From Amoebophrya sp. A120 (taxonomy: Eukaryota > Protista > Dinoflagellata), in the NCBI GenBank assembly GCA_905178155.1, contig CAJINV010000004.1, forward strand, positions 7,272,548-7,336,547: a stretch of 64,000 nucleotides of DNA, read 5' to 3'. Both the position numbers and the translations under genes were made by a program. Below, in pieces: positions 50,284-59,188 of the stretch. Numbering within the stretch: the stretch's first letter is position 1; each line of letters opens with the position of its first letter. Below the pieces are notes generated by a model that worked only from the letters and a program-made list of their open reading frames with translations, did no database searches and had not been told where the DNA came from.

Positions 50284-51779
50284 TCACGAGATCGACGTTT
50301 CGAAAATGTAGTAGTAGTCATTCCTAACAGGCGCGGAATCGAGAAACGTCACAGTATGATCTCCCACGCCACCAAACACTTTTTGAGTACTTACCTCCAC
50401 TGCACCTAAAGCCGACCACAGCGTGGACCCGGCCCAGGAAACCACGCTCGCAAACCCCTCTTCCTGGTCCGTAGAGTAGGATCTCGGCGCTGATCGGGCG
50501 GTGTTGCCGACGACTAGGTGGTCTGTTTCCCTTAGAAATTTGTCGATGTCCGGGCTCAGTGGAACAGAACCTGTTCCGTGATCCGCGGATATCGAGTGTT
50601 TTGATGTTGAGTTTTGTTCCTCCAACAGCGGTTTTGGTTTTATTTCTGGTGCCGCACTGCTGGAGCTGCTGCTGCCACCAAAGTAGGATTCGAACCCGAG
50701 CAAACCCGACACCGTGCTCAGATCATTGACCATCTTCGTTGGCGGGCCGTCCTGCGTGTTCACGATCGTGGTCGCGGGAACGTCAGGCGTCGATAGAGGT
50801 AGTTCAAACGCCGGGGAGGTGCTTGCGTTCCTGTCGAACAGGTCTGGCTGCGGCCAGAGGTCGGTCAACTCCGCTTGCATCAGCCGCTCGTAGTTCGCGA
50901 GAGTCTGTTGAGGACTTTGCAAAATAATGTTTTTCGTGCACTATCAACATACAATAATCTTCACAACAACTACGTCACACATCATCGATGCAGCATCTAG
51001 TTTGTATTGCAAGGTTCAATTCGAAGTCAAATCTATAGCTATACCTCCTTCCACTCATCTAGCCCTCCAGCCGGTTTCTTCCACAGTCCCTGGGACGCGT
51101 CGACCGGCGGCGGCGCGGAAAAATCGTAGGTGTACTTCCCATAGTCTATGAAAGTGCACAACTCCCCCTCCCCCTCACTTGTATTGCATGAACAGCATGA
51201 CAAGCGCCAGCAAGAATACCGGTTTTGCATGACAAATTCGGACAGGAGTGTTGCGCTATTTGGGCTGCCAGAACTTGTCATGCAAACAGTGCCTAGCGCC
51301 AAGGCGTCAATCAGGTATTTTGCATGACAAATGAGGGGGAGGAGGAGTTGTGCATTTTCATATAGTCCACATTCATGCTAGAACTCGTCGCGCTTGACGG
51401 CGGCCCGGTCGGGTCTTGCTCCTTCTCAAGAAGATTTGATGTCGCGCCGGCGAAGCCTCCTCCTCCACCATCCACTTTCGCGCCAAATTCCAACTTTGCC
51501 GCCGCGTACGTGTTGTTGCTCTGCACAAATTGCGGACCCGGGTCTGGCGGCGCTGAGTAGAATTGAAACGGCTGCGCCGTGAAACTGGCGGAAAGCTTCG
51601 GCATGCCGGGAACACCGAGGGAGGGACGGTTTATCTGGCCGGTAGTTGTCGCACCTCCTGCTCCGCCACTGGTAGTGCTGGGAAAAAGCACAGACATCTT
51701 TCTCCGTGCGTCGTGGCCGCGGCGGGATCGGCACTAGTACGTGCCGTGTCGCTATCTTAGCCCTCTTGTTTTCATCCAC
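50284..51779 (-). CDS. Hypothetical protein (one introner; boundaries uncertain)
   Basis: ORFs 51311-51697 and 50284-50922 with an introner at 51147-51362 between them. No family recognised. Confidence 0.35.
51147..51362. mobile_element. Introner family D
   Basis: TIR TATGAAARTGCACAACTCC.CCTCCCCCTCA; flanks TAGTC/TAGTC. Confidence 0.9.
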
Positions 51780-52348
51780 TGGTATTGTCAGGTCTGAACA
51801 TTTTTCTACCGCAGCCTATATTCGCTTCGCTTTGAGTTTGATTAGTTTCATTTGCTCGTGGTGTTCAACTAAAGCTCTCAACAGCGGGCCAGAACCGATG
51901 GCACGAAGAAGAAAAGACGAACAAAAAATAACATATGAGAAGATAAACGCTAACAAACAGGATGAAAAAACGCGAATAATTCGTACTCGTAGTCCGAAAT
52001 CTACAATAAATGTCTTACGACCCCGACCGCCTGCACGTATTCTACTGACAGATTTGTGAGCAGAGCTCGTTCTCTCACACACACGTTGGAGACAGAGAAA
52101 ACTACACAACAGCTGCACAATGAACAGATGCAAATCTGGTAAAAACCACAGACCCTTGCAGTTACCCGGAGGCCAACGCCAACATTGGTAATGCGCTGCG
52201 TAATACTAACAGCGCGCGTCGTGCCTTTATTCAAGTGTTGCATAGAAGTGACATCTGTTCTTGAAGGACAGAGAGTAGTTCGGAAACCAGCAATTTAGCG
52301 CTTCTATTCGTACGTCCTTGATTTGTTAAAAATTTCCTCCGCACATTG

Positions 52349-55300
52349 TCATCGATCTACTGCGATCTCCTGCCACCGTTCCTCTTCATGTTGGCCTTGA
52401 GTTGTACTGATCATTCCAACAAGCTGCTCATGCAGAGGTCTCACCACCTTCTCCTCAAAAACCCTTCCGAGGTCGTAACATTTTCGTTCGATTGCGAAAG
52501 AAAGTTCCTCCAGTTGCGCTGCGCTTAATTTCGCTTTGCTGTACTCGGCGAAGACGCACAGATCCAGCAAAGGCAGGTCTTTGAAGCTGCCGATGTGGTT
52601 TGCGAGGATGAGATTCTGCAGAGTCGACGTTTCCATTGGACTAGAGGCTGGTGGTGGTCGCGTAGAAGTAGTTCTAGTTGTGCCAGTAGTAGTTCCTGCG
52701 GCAGGCTGCTCGACATCGCTCAACATCATCGACAGGAGGTTCAGAAGCTTCAGTGCCTGCGCCGACGTGAAATTGTGCAGGTTTTCCGCAATCAGGGGCA
52801 GGAGCGAGTGTAGTCTTGAACAAGGTTGTACCAAAAACTCTTGTTCCGCGTGATGGTTTTCTCCCGGGGTCCCACAAGTTCGCTCCACCGCACTCACCCC
52901 CTTCAATATGCACAGAATCACTTCAGCAATCTCCGTGTTGTCGGGCTGTACAAGTAAACTTGCTTGAGCAGGAGCTAGATCTCCCGGCGAAACCGCGACC
53001 ACCGGCGAGTCACTTCTCGCTTGATTCATCTTCGTGGCAGCAAACGCGGTGACTTCCTCTTCCTCTAAAGTGGTCGTGGTTGCTTGTTTTCTGCCACCGC
53101 GGTTCTTCTCGACATTCCTCATTCTCTCCGCTCGCATCTCCAGCAATTCCCGCTCTAGTTTTTCCGTTGCCAAATCCACAACGCGCGTCGCGAAAGCGAG
53201 CGCGCCGGTCGTGGTCTCCACTCGACGTCCGGAAGATGCAGGAACAGCTTGTTCTTCCGGTTGTAAAAGTTCTGTTGGAAAAATGTTCGCTAAGGAAAGC
53301 ACTGCCAGGTCGGTGAGGGACAAATCGTCTACCTTTGTCAAAAGCTCCTTCTCGATCGACTCCACTACACTGTCGACGCCGGGTCCGGAAAGAAACGTGG
53401 GAACCGCGATCGGGCCGAAAGAAATATTACCCGCGCCCGTGGTGTTGTCTGCAGCATCAGAAGATGACTGTTCGTGGTTGAGCAAACCAGACTCCTGCGC
53501 CTTCAGCAGCCGTCTTGGTTCCGGCCCAGAAGAGAGTTTGCGAAGTTCGGAGCGGATCGCCGTGCTACTGTAGGACGGAGCAGAAAGAGACGCGCTTGTT
53601 CCACCGACGTGAGCAGGAGGTCGCGATAATTTTTGACCAGCATAATAATCACCTTCTCTCGCCGCAAACGCGGTCCGCAGTAATGCCAGCTCCGACGCGT
53701 TCAATTGTGACAGCCGTTTCAGCAATGTGTTTGCGTACATTTCAAAGTCAGAAAAGCGGAAGATGCAGTGTGCCAACCTGGCCAAATCCATAGGTTTACA
53801 CTGCCGGGTCCGCGCGACCAGCTTGTGGCTAAGCTCGACGGCGAGATGAGGCAAGTTGGTTGTTGTACTAGTAGTGCTGGTCAATTGGAGTTGCGAAGAT
53901 GTTGTTCCACCGCCAGGACCTGCGCCGCAAGTGACTGCTCCTGCTGCTGCGCTCCTTTGCAAAAAAAACGCGCATTCCGTCGCGGCCGCCATGCTCATCC
54001 TCGGCAAAACTTTCGGATCCAGAAGTGCCTCTTTCAATTTCGCCGAGCACGTTTCAATCGCTTTTTGTAACAAGCGGTCGAAGGTATTGATATTACCGTT
54101 TGAATATGATGCTCCATTGGTTGATGCGCTCCTGCTCTCCAATTGCGCCAGCGCGCGGCACAGCGGGCGGAATTCGTCTGCCTTCAAAGAATCCATCTTC
54201 GTTTCGAAGGTTTGCAGCAGGACCAGCATCAGCTCCCGACAAGCGGAATCTGTTATAGTTTGGAGTTCGAATTTGCAATCTTATTTGGCCGTTGTCCTCA
54301 ATTGAGGAGCTGCTTCTGCTTTTTTGACTCAGGTCGACAGAAGACGGATCCTCGAGCAGAAGATTCCAGAAGCACATGTCAGGGCGATGAAGGATGAATT
54401 GGTAGAAGGTTCATCACTGCTTTGGTCAGAAGCAGAACTGAACTTTAGGTTGTCATCATGGAGGGTGCTCAGGATCTCACAACTTTTGTGATCTTCGCAG
54501 TGGTCATGCAAGAACTGTAATTCAGCAAGTCCTACCTGGCTGCGGCGTTACTTCTCAGGGCGATGAAGGATGAATGGTTTAAAGGTTCGTCATCTGCATC
54601 GGAAGCAGAACTGAACTTTAGGTTGTCATCATAGAAGATGCGTGGTCGAGAAGATGGACATCAAAAGGATACAACACCACACAAGCAAGGTAGAGGAAAT
54701 TGTGTGCCACTAAAATTGACACGACACCGAGACGAAGCGGATGTCGAGACACCCAGCAGCTTTTTTATTGTAGGACAACTTTTGACTCGCGGCACCCATG
54801 GAATAAAGTAATTCAAGTGCCGGAGCTTCGAAGTGTCCGTGTGAACGTGAAATAATTTGCAGCTGTGAAGTAATTCGCAGCTCTTTCTGAAACATCTGAT
54901 CACTTCCTGTTGATCCGACACAGACGGAATGTCGCCACGACACCCAGATCATCGGAGGGGTGGAGAGGCGGCAAAATGCGATGAAACCAAAACAAGCTTG
55001 AAAATGGTCATGCTGCAGGTCAACGCTAATCAACATCAAGCTGAATGAACAATTTACCGTCTCCTTCCGAAAAATCCGCAGCGAACTCGCCCAACTGGAA
55101 TCTCCTTTCCTCGTCGAGCGCCACCACCACCTCCAGTAGTACCGCCTGCTTATGCAGTGCAAAAGGATTTTTGGACTAGCAGATATAGCATCACAAATTC
55201 GATCAGTATGAAAAGTGAAATTTGTAATGCGGGATTACCCTTGAGAAATAGATTTGTGATGCATGAATGCCGTAAACATAAATTAGTACTACGAGGAATC

Positions 55301-56480
55301 CGGTACTTTTGCACTGCATACTGCTCCTCCACGGCCAACGCTGCCCCGAGATCCCGGCTGGCCAGCTTATGCATTGCAAATCTGTCTGGGTCTGGAAACT
55401 TGTGATGCTGGGCGGCGTATCGTGAGGAGGCCACAAGTGCTGGAGCAACATGACAAGTCTCTGAGCTTCTAGGTGTTGCCTATTCTGCATGACAAACTGC
55501 GTCTCTGCATGACAGAAGAGTGGGGCTCTTGGGTAACGTCCATGACAGATTTAAGGGTCATGCCAGAGAAGCATGACAAACATGCATTCTTCCAGACCCA
55601 GACATATTTGCACTTGATACAGCTGGTCGCAACACAACTCGCACACTTCCAAATGATTCAGCTGGTACAGCAACGCGCACAGCTTCGACAAGTCGTCTGG
55701 GGGGGTATCATCCCTCACGTGCAGCAATTCCGCAACGTGGGACACGAGTTTCTTCTCGAACTTCTCGTACCGGAACCGCGGGGAAGAAGTTAATGCTTCG
55801 AAAACGACGTTGGTCTGTTTGATGTTTAAATACTGCAGCCTCCTTTGTATCCTCCCGACAAACGTGCAGAAAAATTGCGTATCGAAAAAGTCCGCTCTTG
55901 CGAAGGCCCGGAAAATGTAGCAAAGGTCCGGCTCGACAGTTTTCAAAGAGAGTTGTTGTGCCCGCCAAGAGAACTGTTCCCACATGTGCTGGTGTTTGAT
56001 CCCGATGACGTTTTCAGTTACACATTTGTCTAGAATCACGGCGAGTGTCACTGCGTCCATCTGCTCCGTGTAGAGACTACCGCCACGCAAGTCGTATTTC
56101 GTGACATCTGGGAAACCCATGAATGTGGCTGGGGCTATCCTCCGCTCCCGCCACCACTCCTTTTCCCGGTGCTCCCGATGCATGGCGAACCGGTCCATCA
56201 AAGGTCGAGGTTGGCGAATCCGGTGGTTCTGCAGAGACCAGGATTTGCGGCCGACTGGGACGTAGAAACGGACTTGCTGCACGTGGTAATATGGCGCTTT
56301 GTTGAAGAAGCCGCTGACATGTTGAGATGTCGTCGAGCCGCTTGGGCATGAAGAACTGCTCAACGGACAATAATGAGAGCGGGTACTAGTGGTCGCTGAC
56401 CTCCGCATGGCAAACGCAGAAGAGCTTGATGACGGCGCGTGGCTCGTCACACAAAGACGAAATCCGGGATCCAACGTCAT
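52349..56480 (-). CDS. Putative mitochondrion-targeted helical-repeat (HPR/RAP-like) protein; snoRNA host
   Basis: R/S-rich presequence-like N-terminus ending QQVRF. Helical repeats such as DLCYIFRAFARADFFDTQFFCTFVGRIQRRL and CKPMDLARLAHCIFRF. Long exon 52349-54229. Confidence 0.45.
54371..54469 (-). ncRNA. Box C/D snoRNA copy 1 (dual LSU rRNA guide, snR61/SNORD38-like)
   Basis: Sense: C ATGATGA, guide CAGTTCTGCTT, D' CTGA, C' GTGATGA, guide TTCATCCTTCATCGCC, D CTGA. Flanking AGCAC/GTGCT stem. Confidence 0.8.
54551..54637 (-). ncRNA. Box C/D snoRNA copy 2 (paralog)
   Basis: CTTCT-ATGATGA...CAGTTCTGCTT-CCGA...ATGACGA...TTCATCCTTCATCGCC-CTGAGAAG. Terminal stem CTTCT/AGAAG; guides identical to copy 1. 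Confidence 0.8.
55151..55320. mobile_element. Introner family A (variant)
   Basis: TIR TATGCAGTGCAAAAG; flanks CTGCT/CTGCT. Confidence 0.85.
55368..55619. mobile_element. Introner family B (B2 interior)
   Basis: Family B TIR; flanks CAGCT/CAGCT. Confidence 0.9.
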
Positions 56481-57275
56481 GGTGATTAATATTCTCGCGG
56501 ACTCTATTCAACAACCACAGATTGAAAAAACTTACCAGCAAGGGCAATCTTCACGTCGCGTCTCGCATGAGCAAAATGCCGCTGTACCCTCGTCACAGTG
56601 TGTCAATTACTAGGACTAAAGCAGTCCTTGTTCCCTAATCGGGTGGGCATCCGACCGATTGCAGCTGAGATGAACGATGAAAGAGCGCAGTGTTTTGAGA
56701 GACGAAACCGCACTCATGGAATCTGTAACATACCAATGTGGCACGAAGACGCGGGACAGAGAGATCCGAATGATCCGAAAGACTTCACCGAAGCTAAAGA
56801 CAAAGCATAAGCGCGCTCCGTTCCTTTAATCCGGACGCTTCGTCGACAGCGCCGCCAGTTACCGATTTTCATCCGGAGAAGTGCTGTCTCAGCCTGTTGC
56901 CGCAAAGATGAATCTAACAAATGGCTTGCGCAGCGTCGATGTGAGCAGTCAACACGCCCTGAAATGTGAACGACAACACTGGGACATCAGTAACGATAAG
57001 GAACACTCTGCTCTCTTTTCCATTTAATACAAGCTGCACTCCTGCTCAAGCAACTGGGCAGCTCTGTTTCTTTTTGTTGTTGGTCCACCTAAAACATAGG
57101 CACTAAAAGTTTGTCCTCGGGTTAAAGTTCAGCATCCTCTTTCTTGGGAGAAAATCATTCTAGATCTAAATCCGCGAGTTTTCTCAGCAGACCTAAATCC
57201 ACGAAGTTGTTCCCTCTCAATTACATCAACCAACATTCATAGTATGTTGGCGTGTGATTTCCTACAGTCCCTAAC

Positions 57276-58200
57276 TTAGAAGAAGAATCCGACGATCTTT
57301 CCACCGGTGTGCTTGCGACGGGCCTCCTCGTGGGTGAGCATGCCGTAGGTGGTGGTGAGCACCAAGTGGCCGAACTGACGAGACGGAAGGATGTCGGAAG
57401 CCAGCTGTTCGATCTGGGAAAGAGTGACGTCGAAACGCGGGGAGATCACGCCGCACTTGTTCAACCGACCGTTGAGGTTGATCACGATCTTGCCCGCACG
57501 GTGGTCATCGACAATCTCGAAGTCACCGATGTACTCGTGCTTCTGCATGCACTGCAGAAACTTGACGATCACCTGTAGGGAGTAGTGGAATTTAAAAATG
57601 TACGCGTTTATGTATTGCAAGGTAGGAAATGAACTACGAGTTCAATGTCACAACAACTCATTCTCTTGTTTCTCTCAGCGACCGATGGCAGCATGTTGGC
57701 GCAGTCGGGATCGTGGTTCCTATCTCACAGATCTAAAGATGGCAGACCGCATGCGAATCTCTGCTTTAAAACTTAATCTCCTTCTTCAACTTGTCATGCA
57801 AGGAAACAGTTACAAATGGAATTTGTGATGCGAAAAACGACTATACCTTGGAGGACGGCTTGATCAGGACCTGGCGCTTTCCCCGCTTTTCGGCGTTCAC
57901 GATGCTGTTCAAGCAATCGTTCAAGACGGATACCTATGGATTGTAAAAGTGTCTGGGTCTGGAAGATTGGAACTTGTCATGCTAGCTTTCCATACCTAGA
58001 AAATCTGTATTGCATAACCAACAAAAGTCGTAGCCTTCTTTGTCGTGCAAAAGCGCAGTTTCTCATGCGGATTGCCTATGAGAAAGCGTTTTGGAAAGTT
58101 GTCATGCCGGACTGCATTCGGAAGCGTTTTTATTATGCACATTTTAGCATCACAAGTTTCCAGACCCAGACATTTTTACTATCCATAAAACCTTCACCAT
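57276..58200 (-). CDS. RPS15A: 40S ribosomal protein S15a (uS8); 3 exons
   Basis: [81 protein letters not shown]...GGKIVGFFF. Confidence 0.97.
57935..58187. mobile_element. Introner family B (B3 interior), RPS15A intron 1
   Basis: TIR TATGGATWGTAAAARTGTCTGGGTCTGGAA; flanks ATACC/AAACC. Confidence 0.9.
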
Positions 58201-59188
58201 TTTGTCTGAGGATGGTGTGGCCTACTGATGTTTTGTGGACCGTAAACTTATCGTTTCCCTGTGTGAAAAAATGATAAAATGAAAGATAGGATAAGGATCG
58301 TGAGGTTTCAATTTAAATATGGACAGTACATAGAATGATCGTCAACCTACTGTACTATGCGTTCCATTTCGCGTGCGGTAAAGATCTTTAAATTTTTGGA
58401 TTTCCTTTTGAGATCTGGATGGTACTATTGCTCAAACTTCATCTTCTTTAGATCACTCGCATTTGTTTCATCGTTCCTTTGGATCTTGGATTTCGTCATT
58501 TCGACCTTTATTCTCTTTCATCATTTACATTTTCGTCTTTCCTTGATCCCTTCGACCTTGATTTCGAGGGAGATCTGTGTTGACAATTGAAATTCTGTGG
58601 TCCTGGCGAAGCGAGACGATTCTTCGGCGCAGATCCGTTCTTGCTCTTCGACTTGCACTTAGATCGTGATCCGTTTGTCACAAGTATGGAATTTAGAATC
58701 ATCAGCATCTTCAGAACCTTCAACATCTTCCTCTTGTCTTTCCACGATTTGGAAACCAAAATACCAATTTATGCCTTCAAGACCCAGCATGATCGAGATC
58801 TGCCTTATTCTCTGCTGTCCTCGCTCAACAAGGAGAAGGACGTCATGAACGCCCGGAGAATAAGTACCACTAGAGAAACTCCAACATCGAACCGGCTTCA
58901 AGAGGTTTTGAGCCTCGGCCAGCTCACCTCCGCTGTCAGGCTGAAAGCACCTGGAAAGTGGAAGTGCCAGATATGACTACTCTTTGCGCGCGTGCTTTTG
59001 CTTATCATTCATATTTTGAAATTGCGTATACTGGTCAACGAACTTTAGCCTTAAGCTCCTGGCTCATCGAGTTTAGAAAATTTAGAAAGCACATGATGTG
59101 CTGTTCGTCAGCTTCGTACTACTTTGAAGTTGAAATAAATGGACAATGCCAGCAGAAGACAACTGTGTCGGAAAGAACTATACTCCCT

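Noticed and set aside
661-58187. CRISPR-like repeat-spacer array
   Set aside because: The repeats are paired inverted ends of dispersed elements and the intervening DNA is exon. The context is eukaryotic with no cas genes.
1545-58274. Recurrent short ORFs with motifs such as [25 protein letters not shown] and PDPDIFAFD that look like a repeated protein family
   Set aside because: They are translations of introner TIRs in different frames, not genes.
58357-58976. Small gene between RPS15A and the RBM34-like gene
   Set aside because: Only short conflicting ORFs on both strands, with no recognisable motif.
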